Positions 15,467-24,390 of a stretch of 37,029 nucleotides of DNA are shown piece after piece. The first letter of the stretch is position 1; every line of letters begins with the position of its first letter. The stretch lies in contig CBFDCD010000001.1 of the NCBI GenBank assembly GCA_965603225.1, positions 1 to 37,029 of the forward strand, written 5' to 3'. A program made the position numbers and the translations under genes. The notes beneath the pieces are model-generated. The model made no database searches. It was not told the DNA's origin and saw only the letters and a list, made by a program, of their open reading frames with translations. The stretch is from an uncultured bacterium (lineage in GTDB: Bacteria > Desulfobacterota > DSM-4660 > Desulfatiglandales > B25-G16).

Positions 15467-15913
15467 CGATTGACAATTGAAAATTGAAAATTGATCAACC
15501 GGCGCTAAAAAAAATAAAAAATGGATGAAAAGACATTAAAACAGAGAACAAAAGAATTTGCACATCGCTGTGTAAAATTGTGCATGGCTTTGCCTGAAAC
15601 ATATTTAGGTAGGCACATTAAGGGGCAATTGATCAGATGTTCCACATCAGTGGCTTCTAATTATCGTGCTGCCTGTATCGCACAATCTAAGGCGAGTTTT
15701 GTTTCAAAACTAAGTATTGTATTAGAAGAAGTTGATGAGTCGAATTTCTGGCTGGATTTCATTATTGATGAGCAACTACTGGGTGAAGAACGTGTTCTTC
15801 CGCTACTTAATGAAGCAGAGCAATTAACAGCCATCTTTATATCTTCAAGAAAAACGGCAAGAAGTAGACAATTGTCAATTGTCAATCGAAAATCTTCAAT
15901 TGAAAAGGGTTGA
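15467..15913 (+). mobile_element. IVS-like palindromic insertion carrying a four-helix-bundle gene
   Basis: cgattgacaattgaaaattg (15467-15486) pairs with caattgtcaattgtcaatcg (15869-15888) at 19 of 20 positions, and the outer 13 bp are perfect. The element starts 1 nt after the LivH stop and ends 3 nt before the LivM ATG. The left flank carries tandem aaattga heptamers. Confidence 0.55.
15521..15913 (+). CDS. four-helix-bundle protein (23S rRNA intervening-sequence protein / Avd-like family)
   Basis: 130-aa ORF. RTKEFAHRCVKLCMALP...QLIRCSTSVASNYRAAC...SKLSIVLEEVDESNFWLDF matches the family pattern. The C-terminal tail QLSIVNRKSSIEKG is encoded by the right inverted repeat. Confidence 0.8.
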   Translation: MDEKTLKQRTKEFAHRCVKLCMALPETYLGRHIKGQLIRCSTSVASNYRAACIAQSKASFVSKLSIVLEEVDESNFWLDFIIDEQLLGEERVLPLLNEAEQLTAIFISSRKTARSRQLSIVNRKSSIEKG

Positions 15914-15916
15914 GAG

Positions 15917-16987
15917 ATGCGAAACCTTCGATTCCACCCCTGCGGAAATTTTAACGAGTCATATGAAAAGGAGCTTACCATCTTTGAGACGGATTTCGGC
16001 AGACTGTTCATGATAGTTGGGCTCATCCTGCTCTTTGGTGTTGTCCCATTTATAACCAATGCATATATTCTCTATATTATAAATTCAATCGGTATTTATG
16101 CCATTGCCGCTATAGGCCTAAATCTTCTCATTGGTTATACAGGCCAGATTTCGCTTGGCCATGGAGCTTTTTTTGGGGTAGGCGCATACGCCGCTGCAAT
16201 TCTGGCTACCAGGGTCGGCGTCCCATTTATAATTGCCGTTCCTGCGGCAGGATTTATCACAGCCCTTGTAGGCATGATATTCGGTATACCTTCCATTAGA
16301 CTGAAACACCTTTACCTTACCATTGCAACATTAGCAGGCCAGTTTATTCTTGAGTATGTATTTGTGCAATGGGAGAGCCTTACCGGAGGGGCGGAGGGCA
16401 TAAGCGTTGCCACGGCAAATATTTTTTGGATAGACTTAGGCTCCGACAGAAACTTTTTCTATGCGATATTTATATGTTTTGTTGTGATGACCTGGATCGC
16501 CGTAAATTTAATAAGAACAAGGTACGGAAGGGCCTTTATTGCAATCAGGGACAATGACCAGGCCGCTGAGGGAATGGGAATACCGATTTTTCCTTACAAA
16601 CTCCTGTCATTTGCAATCAGCTCTTTTTACGCAGGTTTTGCAGGGGCCCTATTTGCCTATTATATGATGAGCATAACCCCTGAGCCATTTAATCTTTGGC
16701 TCTCCATAGAATATATTGCAATGATTATCATCGGAGGCCTGGGGAGTATACCGGGAGCGGTATTTGGCTCCATATTCATTGTTACCTTGAATGAGGTGTT
16801 AAGCCATGCCACTGAGATTCTCATGAACTTAGGGACTTCCACGTCAGTTGGGATAACCATAGCCCCCTTAAGAGAATTTATATATGGCCTGGTTATTATC
16901 TTATTCATTATCTTTGAACCGAAGGGATTGGCGGAGGTGTGGCGAATAGTACGGTCAAGTTTCAGACTCTGGCCTTTTTCATACTAA
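15917..16987 (+). CDS. branched-chain-type ABC transporter permease (LivM-like)
   Basis: 356-aa polytopic membrane protein. The N-terminus HPCGNFNESYEKELTIFET followed by a TM segment is typical of this permease subfamily. It also has GQISLGHGAFFGVGAY. Confidence 0.9.
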   Translation: MRNLRFHPCGNFNESYEKELTIFETDFGRLFMIVGLILLFGVVPFITNAYILYIINSIGIYAIAAIGLNLLIGYTGQISLGHGAFFGVGAYAAAILATRVGVPFIIAVPAAGFITALVGMIFGIPSIRLKHLYLTIATLAGQFILEYVFVQWESLTGGAEGISVATANIFWIDLGSDRNFFYAIFICFVVMTWIAVNLIRTRYGRAFIAIRDNDQAAEGMGIPIFPYKLLSFAISSFYAGFAGALFAYYMMSITPEPFNLWLSIEYIAMIIIGGLGSIPGAVFGSIFIVTLNEVLSHATEILMNLGTSTSVGITIAPLREFIYGLVIILFIIFEPKGLAEVWRIVRSSFRLWPFSY

Positions 16988-16989
16988 AC

Positions 16990-17030
16990 TGCATTAAGGA
17001 TTCGACAATCCGTAGGTTAAGCTTAATGCA
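16990..17030 (+). repeat. compound intercistronic hairpin
   Basis: The outer stem is tgcattaag (16990-16998) with cttaatgca (17022-17030), 9 bp and perfect. The inner hairpin is ggatt-cgac-aatcc (16998-17011). No U-run follows. Confidence 0.5.
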
Positions 17031-17105
17031 TAATCATATCCACGTAAGACGAAAGATGAAATACCCTTTTTCAATTAAGAGAAAACATTAAGATTAAAAG
17101 GAATC

Positions 17106-17909
17106 ATGGAAAATAATAATTTATTACAAATTAACAATATCAGCGTTGTTTATTCAGATGTAATCCAGATTCTTAAGGCCGTGTCTTTACACGTAAAAGA
17201 GGGGCAAATTGTCTCCTTGCTTGGAAGCAATGGAGCAGGTAAGACTACCACATTAAAGGCTATTTCCGGCATACTCAAGCCTGAAAACGGCAAGGTTACC
17301 GAAGGGTCTATTACGTATAAGGGTCATAACATTCAAAATTCATCGCCTGAGATGGTGACCAGACTGGGAATAATCCAGGTCATGGAAGGTAGACAGCCCT
17401 TTAAATATCTTACAGTTGAGGAAAACCTCAGGGTGGGAACAGCTACGAGATGGGGGAAACCTTACAAGAAAGACCTTGAAATGGTTTACCACTACTTTGG
17501 TCCCTTGGTAAAACGAAAGGATAGTCTTGCCGGATACTGTAGCGGAGGAGAGCTTCAGATGCTGGTAATAGGGAGGGCATTAATGGCTCGACCTAACCTG
17601 TTATTATTAGATGAACCTTCATTAGGTCTGGCCCCATTATTGGTAAAGGAAATCTTTGAAATAATAAAACGTATTAATAAGGATCAAGGCACTACATTGA
17701 TATTAGTGGAACAAAATGCTAATATGGCCTTACAGATAGCTACCTTTGGGTATGTAATGGAAAATGGGAAAATAGTCCTTGAAGGTTTAGCCTCTGATCT
17801 GATGGAAAACCCGGATGTCAAGGAGTTTTACTTAGGAGTAGCTGCATCAGGCGCAGTTAAATCGTACCGAAATGTTAAATCATACAAACGCAGAAAAAGG
17901 TGGCTTTAA
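17106..17909 (+). CDS. ABC transporter ATP-binding protein (LivF-like)
   Basis: Walker A GSNGAGKTT, signature CSGGELQ, and Walker B LLLDEPSLGLAP. Confidence 0.9.
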   Translation: MENNNLLQINNISVVYSDVIQILKAVSLHVKEGQIVSLLGSNGAGKTTTLKAISGILKPENGKVTEGSITYKGHNIQNSSPEMVTRLGIIQVMEGRQPFKYLTVEENLRVGTATRWGKPYKKDLEMVYHYFGPLVKRKDSLAGYCSGGELQMLVIGRALMARPNLLLLDEPSLGLAPLLVKEIFEIIKRINKDQGTTLILVEQNANMALQIATFGYVMENGKIVLEGLASDLMENPDVKEFYLGVAASGAVKSYRNVKSYKRRKRWL

Positions 17910-18178
17910 AATTTTTAAATCTTTTTTTTCTAATCTTACATTACCAAATCCTCTTTTTGAAACGTCAATGTAAATCCAACCTAATTATCCGCCGCTTTTT
18001 CTATAAAAATAAAACCAGGTGCCTATGCAAGGTAATGCGAGAGGTATTTTTTTCTTAATTTAACTGCAATATGCATAGTTCACATTGATTTTTTTCTCTG
18101 AATAATTATATATATCAATAATATTAGTATATTCAATGGGAAAAGTGACAAGATTAATAGGCATAACCGATTTTTTCC

Positions 18179-18207
18179 TTGATAGAAACAAAAAAAAAGG
18201 ATAAATA
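18179..18207 (+). promoter_or_regulatory. candidate rpsB-tsf promoter
   Basis: TTGATA (18179-18184), a 17-nt spacer, then TAAATA (18202-18207), ~135 nt upstream of rpsB. Confidence 0.3.
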
Positions 18208-18343
18208 GAAAAGTGCTGTTTCGATTTTTCCGATTTATTTAATTATGACAATTTCGTCAAAGAATTTTTACAAGAACATTTTAATTTTAATTAAGGACTC
18301 ATATAAAATTTGAGAAATAAAGATCAAAGGGAGGATTGCTTTT

Positions 18344-19222
18344 ATGGCTGAAGTAAACATGAAGCTTCTTTTAGAGGCAGGGGTCCATTTTGGGCATCAA
18401 ACAAAAAAATGGAACCCAAAAATGAAACCTTATATATTTGGTGCAAGAAATGGGATATATATTATAGATCTCCAAAACACCTCCAAATTATTAAAAAAGG
18501 CCTATAATTTTATTGTAAGAACAGTGTCGGAAGGGGGGTCCGTGCTCTTTGTAGGTACGAAAAAGCAGGCACAGGACTCAATTGTAGAAGAGGCAGAGCG
18601 TTGCGGGATGTTTTATGTAAGCAATAGATGGATGGGTGGCACACTCACAAATTTCCAAACCATTAAAAAGAGGATTAGCCGGCTTAAAGAGCTTGAGTCA
18701 ATGAAAAATGATGGGAGCTTTGAACGCTACACAAAAAAAGAAGTCATTGGGATGGAAAAGGAATTAAGCAAATTAGATAGGAATTTAGGCGGTATTAAAA
18801 ATATGGATGAAAATCCTTCAGCTCTTTTTATTGTGGACACAAAAAAGGAAAACATTGCAATCAAGGAAGGGGTAAAATTAGGGATTCCTATTGTTGCTAT
18901 GGTAGACTCAAACGGTGAACCCGAAGACATTGACTATGTTATCCCGAGTAATGACGATGCCATAAGGTCTATAAGGCTTCTGACATCTGTTATTGCAGAT
19001 GCCTGTGTTGAAGGTCATAATGAAAGAGAGGAAAAACTCAAGGCGGAAGAAGAGCTTGAGATTAAGAGAAAAGCCGATATAGAGCAGGAAAAGGAAGATA
19101 AAATTCAACCATCTGAGGAAGAGGATACGGAAGGACCGGACATCATAATAATACCCAAAAGAAGCAAAACAGCCCAACCTGCTGAAACTGATGACCCAGA
19201 GCCTGCCCAAACTGAAATATAA
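18344..19222 (+). CDS. rpsB: 30S ribosomal protein S2 (with ~40-aa acidic C-terminal extension)
   Basis: [19 protein letters not shown] and the rest of the sequence match S2. An AGGGAGGA RBS is present. Confidence 0.97.
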   Translation: MAEVNMKLLLEAGVHFGHQTKKWNPKMKPYIFGARNGIYIIDLQNTSKLLKKAYNFIVRTVSEGGSVLFVGTKKQAQDSIVEEAERCGMFYVSNRWMGGTLTNFQTIKKRISRLKELESMKNDGSFERYTKKEVIGMEKELSKLDRNLGGIKNMDENPSALFIVDTKKENIAIKEGVKLGIPIVAMVDSNGEPEDIDYVIPSNDDAIRSIRLLTSVIADACVEGHNEREEKLKAEEELEIKRKADIEQEKEDKIQPSEEEDTEGPDIIIIPKRSKTAQPAETDDPEPAQTEI

Positions 19223-19238
19223 AAAAGGAGAGAGTATA

Positions 19239-19847
19239 TTGAAAACATCAAGTCAGTTGGTGAAAGAACTGAGAGAAAAAACCGGGGTAGGCATAATGGA
19301 TTGCAAGAATGCCCTCCAGGAAGCAGATGGAGATATCAATAAAGCAATTGATATACTGAGAAAAAAAGGAATAGCTAAATCCCAAAAAAGAGAAGGTAGA
19401 ATTACATCCGAGGGCCAGATTCAATCTTACATACACATGGGAGGAAAAATTGGGGTTCTTGTAGAGGTAAATTGCGAGACAGATTTTACCGCAAAAACAG
19501 AGGATTTTACAAGTTTTGCAAAAAATTTGTCTATGCACATAGCAGCCACAAATCCTATCTCTTTATCTCCGGAAGATCTTCCCGCAGAGGCCGTGGAGAG
19601 AGAGAAAGAGATTTACAAGGCACAGGCATTAGAATCAGGCAAACCGGAAAAAGTGGTAGAAAAAATTATAGAGGGAAAATTAAAAAAGTTCTATTCTGAT
19701 GTCTGTTTGCTTGCACAGTCCTATGTTAAAGATCCTGATCGAACGATACAGGATCTTCTAGATGATCTTAAGGCCAAAACTGGTGAGAACATTCAAATAA
19801 GAAGATTTGTAAGATTTCAGTTAGGTGAAAATGGTGATAGTAAATAA
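19239..19847 (+). CDS. tsf: translation elongation factor Ts (short form)
   Basis: VKELREKTGVGIMDCKNALQEADGDINKAIDILRKKG is the EF-Ts UBA-like N-terminus. A TTG at 19239 preceded by AAGGAGAG is preferred over the track start at 19191, which overlaps rpsB. Confidence 0.93.
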   Translation: MKTSSQLVKELREKTGVGIMDCKNALQEADGDINKAIDILRKKGIAKSQKREGRITSEGQIQSYIHMGGKIGVLVEVNCETDFTAKTEDFTSFAKNLSMHIAATNPISLSPEDLPAEAVEREKEIYKAQALESGKPEKVVEKIIEGKLKKFYSDVCLLAQSYVKDPDRTIQDLLDDLKAKTGENIQIRRFVRFQLGENGDSK

Positions 19848-20283
19848 AAAGTAACGGGTCAACATCCGCCTATTTAAAGGCTTGCTTGAATAATAAACCT
19901 AAAGGGATTTTAGCATGAATGTTTTCACTATAGACCGTATGGATGCAGAGTTTCCACTATGGTATTTTTCCTTTCTGTTTTCTCAGCCCGGGGTTTATTG
20001 AGAGAAACTTTACGAGAGCTTTGCACAAGAGATTCATCACTTAGTTTGTTTCGCTCATAATTAAAATCTCACCCGACCCTCAAGGAGTTCCCTATTGCAA
20101 AAAAGTTGCAGTCTGAAAGCTTTGAGCAGTTTAATGGGGTTAAGAATCACAAGTTAAAAAACAGGATTTTCAGAATAAGACATTAAAGCATCATGCACTG
20201 TAGAAGATTTTTGTGCTTTTAATTTTTCATTGTCAGCATAAATTTTTGGATAATTTTATGCAGACACTATAGTAGGTATAGAT

Positions 20284-21027
20284 ATGTCAACATATAACGG
20301 GCCACCCCATTTTAAAAGGATTCTGTTAAAACTGAGCGGGGAGGCCCTCATTGGTGATAAAGAAAGTGGTATAAGCTCCCAGACCCTTAAGAATATATCC
20401 GCTGAAATCCATTTGGTCCATAAACTTGGCGTACAAATAGGTATAGTGATTGGTGGCGGAAATATTTTCAGAGGGGTAAGGTCTGCTGAATACGACATTG
20501 AAAGAGTAACTGCAGATTATATGGGAATGTTAGCAACTGTTATAAATGCCCTTGCGTTAAGTCAGGCCCTGAATGCAGCCGGTTCACCATCTTGTGTAAT
20601 GAGTGCCTTTGAGATAAATAAGGTGGTAGAGCAATACAGCAGGGAAAACGCCTTGAAATATTTAGCCAAAGATAGAATTGTCATCTTTTCTGGGGGAACT
20701 GGAAATCCTTACTTTACTACGGATACTGCGGCTACATTAAGGGCGATGGAAATAAATGCACGGGTCATCTTAAAGGCTACTCATGTAGATGGCGTATACG
20801 AAAAAGATCCATTCAAAGACCCTGACGCCGAACTATTCAACAGGGTAAGTTATGAAAAGATTTTAAGGAATAAACTAAAAATTATTGACATGACAGCTAT
20901 ATCTATGGCCATGGAACACCGTATTCCCATTATTGTTTTCAATATAGGCAAACCTGGCAATATTGAAAAGATTATTTCAGGCCATAAGGTTGGAACTATT
21001 ATAACAGGAGAAGACGATGATAGATAA
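20284..21027 (+). CDS. pyrH: UMP kinase
   Basis: RILLKLSGEAL, GGGNIFRG and the TTDTAA motif. Confidence 0.95.
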   Translation: MSTYNGPPHFKRILLKLSGEALIGDKESGISSQTLKNISAEIHLVHKLGVQIGIVIGGGNIFRGVRSAEYDIERVTADYMGMLATVINALALSQALNAAGSPSCVMSAFEINKVVEQYSRENALKYLAKDRIVIFSGGTGNPYFTTDTAATLRAMEINARVILKATHVDGVYEKDPFKDPDAELFNRVSYEKILRNKLKIIDMTAISMAMEHRIPIIVFNIGKPGNIEKIISGHKVGTIITGEDDDR

Positions 21028-21574
21028 AACCCTATCAGAGATGGGTCAAAAAAATGACAAGACTGCTGAAGCGCTTGAAAAAGAATTTAAAAAAATGAGG
21101 ACTGGACGAGCATCCACTTCAATACTTGACGGCATAAAGGTTGAGTGCTATGGAACTCAGATGCCATTAAATCAAATAGCCTCTATAAGTAGCCCTGAGA
21201 GCAGACTGTTGACTATACAGCCATGGGATCAGTCCGTCATTGGTGACATTGAGAAAAGCATCCTTAAATCAGGACTGGGACTTACGCCGATGAATGATGG
21301 AAAACTGGTCAGGATTTCAATACCCCCATTAACTGAAGAGAGAAGGAAAGATCTTGCAAAGATGGCAAAGAAGATGGCTGAGGAAAGCAAGATAGGTATC
21401 AGAAACCACAGACGGGATGCCAATGAAATTTTTAAACAGTTAAAAAATGACAGTAAGATTTCAGAAGATGAGATGCATAAGCAACAGGATACGGTGCAAA
21501 AAATCACAGATGAATTTATTGAAAAAATTGACGAAATGAAAAAGGAAAAAGAAAAGGAAATACTCGAGTTTTAG
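21017..21574 (+). CDS. frr: ribosome recycling factor
   Basis: 185 aa with RTGRASTSILDGIKVECYG and LTEERRKDL. Confidence 0.95.
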   Translation: MIDKTLSEMGQKNDKTAEALEKEFKKMRTGRASTSILDGIKVECYGTQMPLNQIASISSPESRLLTIQPWDQSVIGDIEKSILKSGLGLTPMNDGKLVRISIPPLTEERRKDLAKMAKKMAEESKIGIRNHRRDANEIFKQLKNDSKISEDEMHKQQDTVQKITDEFIEKIDEMKKEKEKEILEF

Positions 21575-21632
21575 GCCTCACTGCATGCAAAATGTTTTAA
21601 CAACCCCACTTTTTTTACCCTAAGGTTCTTAA

Positions 21633-22352
21633 ATGGAGCAAGTAAACCCTGAGAAATTACCACGGCATGTGGCAATAATAATGGACGGAAATGGACGATG
21701 GGCAAAGAAAAAAGGCCTTAGCAGGATTATCGGACATCAAAACGGAGTAAAATCAGTAAGGGAAGTCGTCAAAACAACAAGGGAATTAGGCATAGAGTGG
21801 CTTACTCTTTATGCTTTTAGCGAGGAAAACTGGAAAAGATCCAAATATGAGATAAAGGCATTGATGGATCTTCTAAAGCGCTACCTTAATTCTGAACTAA
21901 AAGAAATGCTTGAAAATGGCATTAGGTTATCATGTATTGGGCAAATCGATAAGCTTCCCCTTGACGTCCAAAAAACCCTTTGGCAGACAATTGAAAAAAC
22001 TGCTCATAATAAAGAGATGACCTTAACTCTCGCATTAAGCTATGGGAGTAGGCAAGAAATTATTTGGGCAATAAAAAATATGCTTAAAGATGTTGAAAGA
22101 GGTTTATTAAATGTAAAACAGATTACTGGGGAACGTTTTGCCAACTATCTTTTCACTGCCAATACCCCAGATCCTGATTTACTTATCAGAACAAGTGGGG
22201 AATACAGGATAAGCAACTTCCTCTTATGGCAAATAGCGTATACTGAAATCTTTATTACCCCTGCCCTATGGCCGGATTTTGGCAAAGAGAGATATCTGGA
22301 GGCACTTCTTGATTATCAAAAACGAGAAAGACGTTTTGGCTCTACCTTATAA
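21633..22352 (+). CDS. uppS: isoprenyl transferase / undecaprenyl diphosphate synthase
   Basis: HVAIIMDGNGRWA and RTSGEYRISNFLLWQIAYTE. Confidence 0.95.
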   Translation: MEQVNPEKLPRHVAIIMDGNGRWAKKKGLSRIIGHQNGVKSVREVVKTTRELGIEWLTLYAFSEENWKRSKYEIKALMDLLKRYLNSELKEMLENGIRLSCIGQIDKLPLDVQKTLWQTIEKTAHNKEMTLTLALSYGSRQEIIWAIKNMLKDVERGLLNVKQITGERFANYLFTANTPDPDLLIRTSGEYRISNFLLWQIAYTEIFITPALWPDFGKERYLEALLDYQKRERRFGSTL

Positions 22353-22363
22353 TAAGGAAAAAA

Positions 22364-23155
22364 ATGACATCCCACTTGAAAAGGTTGATAACTGCTTTTA
22401 GCTTTATCCCTTTCATAGTAATCATTGTTTGTTTTGCTCCACCTTGGGCCTTCTCTGTTTTGATCATGTTTGTTGCACTTATATGCTTACATGAGTTTTA
22501 TTCACTTATAATACCTAAGGTATCCAAAAAGATAATATTACCGATATATTTTCTAACCGTTATATTATTTTGTGTACTACCACGTAAAGATTTTTTTTAT
22601 ACTGCAATTATTCCTTTCTTTTCTATTTTTGTCCTTATATCTTTTTTATTTGTCTACCCAAAAATCCACGGAACAATCGGCGATGTAGGGCAAATAATTT
22701 TAGGACCTGTTTATATTAATCTGCCCTTAACATTTTTTGTAATTATTGCAATGTTTCACCAGGGAAAAATGTGGATCTTTTTCTTGCTGACGGTTACATT
22801 TGCGGGGGACACGGCCTCTTTTTATTTCGGGAAGTTTTTTGGAAGACATAAATTAACTGATATAAGTCCCGGGAAAACCATAGAGGGTGCTATAGGAGGA
22901 TTAATTGCAGGTGTGGCCTCCGGTAGTTTTTTTGCTTATATTGCTTTTCCCTCTTTATCTATTGTTTCCATTATGTTATTAGCTGTGGCAATGGCAATAA
23001 GCTGTCAGCTCGGTGACTTAGCAGAGTCTATGTTGAAAAGGATATCAAGCGTTAAGGACAGCGGGACTATTTTACCAGGGCATGGGGGAATGCTTGACAG
23101 GATTGACAGCCTTCTCTTTGCAATACCTGTTTTATACATGTATCTGAGTATTTAA
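22364..23155 (+). CDS. cdsA: phosphatidate cytidylyltransferase
   Basis: Polytopic membrane protein with the C-terminal signature SMLKRISSVKDSGTILPGHGGMLDRIDS. Confidence 0.93.
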   Translation: MTSHLKRLITAFSFIPFIVIIVCFAPPWAFSVLIMFVALICLHEFYSLIIPKVSKKIILPIYFLTVILFCVLPRKDFFYTAIIPFFSIFVLISFLFVYPKIHGTIGDVGQIILGPVYINLPLTFFVIIAMFHQGKMWIFFLLTVTFAGDTASFYFGKFFGRHKLTDISPGKTIEGAIGGLIAGVASGSFFAYIAFPSLSIVSIMLLAVAMAISCQLGDLAESMLKRISSVKDSGTILPGHGGMLDRIDSLLFAIPVLYMYLSI

Positions 23156-23173
23156 ATAAGGAACTTTTTTATT

Positions 23174-24334
23174 TTGAAAAATATTTGTCTTCTTGGTTCG
23201 ACTGGTTATATAGGAATTAACGCCCTTAACGTTATCAAGGGGAACCCTGAGCTGTATAATATTATATCACTTGGGGCAGGGGAAAATATCGATCTCCTTT
23301 TAAATCAGATAAAAGAGTTTAAGCCCAAGTATGCAGCAGTTATTAATAGTAATCTTGCAAAAGAGCTGAAAAAGAAACTCAATAATTTTACAAATACAAA
23401 AATACTGTGGGGTAATGACGGTTATGCTGAGATAGCAACCCTACCAGAAATAGATTTGGTTATAGGGGCGATGTCAGGGTTTTCCGGACTACCCCCAATA
23501 TACTCGGCCATAACTGCCTGTAAGGATATTGCTTTAGCCAATAAAGAGTCGTTAGTGATAGCAGGGTCTCTGCTGATGAGCGAATCAAAAAAACGGGGCG
23601 TAAAAATTTTCCCTATTGACAGCGAACATAGTGCAATACAGCAGTCTATACAGGGACATAACAGGGAGGACCTTAAAAAAATTATACTCACTGGCTCGGG
23701 CGGACCATTTAGAAATTTCTCCATTGATAGACTATCTATGGTTAAACCTGAAGAGGCCTTAAAACATCCCAACTGGCGTATGGGAATGAAAATAACTATC
23801 GATTCAGCGACTTTAATGAATAAAGGATTAGAGGCAATAGAGGCAAAGTGGCTTTTTAACTTAGAAATGGATCAAATAGAAATCCTTATTCATCCGCAAA
23901 GCATTATACATTCTATGGTAGAATATATGGATGGGTCAATTATGGCCCAATTATCTACTACAGATATGAGAATACCGATAGCCTATGCACTTTCTTACCC
24001 CAGACATCTTAAAGGGAATACGGAACCACTAAATTTTTTAGATGTAGGAAATTTAAGTTTTGAAAAACCTGATTTAGAAAAATTTAAATGCCTTGATTTA
24101 GCCCTTACTGCAGATAAAGCAGGTGGAAGTATGATGCCTGTTTTAAACGGGGCCAATGAAATAGCTGTAAATGCATTTCTTCAGGGGAAGATTGGTTTCA
24201 TAGAGATCCCAGAGCTTATTGAAAGAACAATGAAAAATCACGAAATCTTCAGCATAGATAGCATAGACAGAGTCATAGAGGCCAATCAATGGGCCCGATC
24301 AAGGGCAAAAAAAATATTAAACACATGGAGGTAA
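23174..24334 (+). CDS. dxr: 1-deoxy-D-xylulose 5-phosphate reductoisomerase
   Basis: LGSTGYIG, LANKESLV and PIDSEHSAI. The start codon is TTG. Confidence 0.95.
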   Translation: MKNICLLGSTGYIGINALNVIKGNPELYNIISLGAGENIDLLLNQIKEFKPKYAAVINSNLAKELKKKLNNFTNTKILWGNDGYAEIATLPEIDLVIGAMSGFSGLPPIYSAITACKDIALANKESLVIAGSLLMSESKKRGVKIFPIDSEHSAIQQSIQGHNREDLKKIILTGSGGPFRNFSIDRLSMVKPEEALKHPNWRMGMKITIDSATLMNKGLEAIEAKWLFNLEMDQIEILIHPQSIIHSMVEYMDGSIMAQLSTTDMRIPIAYALSYPRHLKGNTEPLNFLDVGNLSFEKPDLEKFKCLDLALTADKAGGSMMPVLNGANEIAVNAFLQGKIGFIEIPELIERTMKNHEIFSIDSIDRVIEANQWARSRAKKILNTWR

Positions 24335-24390
24335 AAGAGTGTTTACCCGGTTTGTTTTAATGTGCTAATGACCGGTATATACTATAGATT

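Noticed and set aside
15467-15500. The tandem aaattga heptamers and other short tandem repeats (atagctataat x2 at 10158, gtctaatat x2 at 26164) as a possible CRISPR array.
   Set aside because: There are only 2-3 very short units with no spacers of CRISPR size, and no cas genes.
15521-15913. Diversity-generating retroelement, because the four-helix-bundle protein belongs to the family that includes Avd.
   Set aside because: The window contains no reverse transcriptase gene and no template/variable repeat pair with adenine-specific mismatches.
17910-18343. The 434-bp AT-rich gap upstream of rpsB as a possible ncRNA or mobile element.
   Set aside because: I found no repeats, palindromes or conserved motifs. 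A plausible promoter and a long rpsB leader explain the gap adequately.
19050-19222. Acidic ~40-aa C-terminal extension of ribosomal protein S2.
   Set aside because: Variable charged tails on S2 occur in many lineages. Nothing in the sequence suggests a fusion or frameshift.
19191-19238. The upstream start for tsf that overlaps rpsB by 32 nt.
   Set aside because: The extra 16 residues are not EF-Ts-like. A TTG with a strong AAGGAGAG RBS at 19239 gives the canonical N-terminus.
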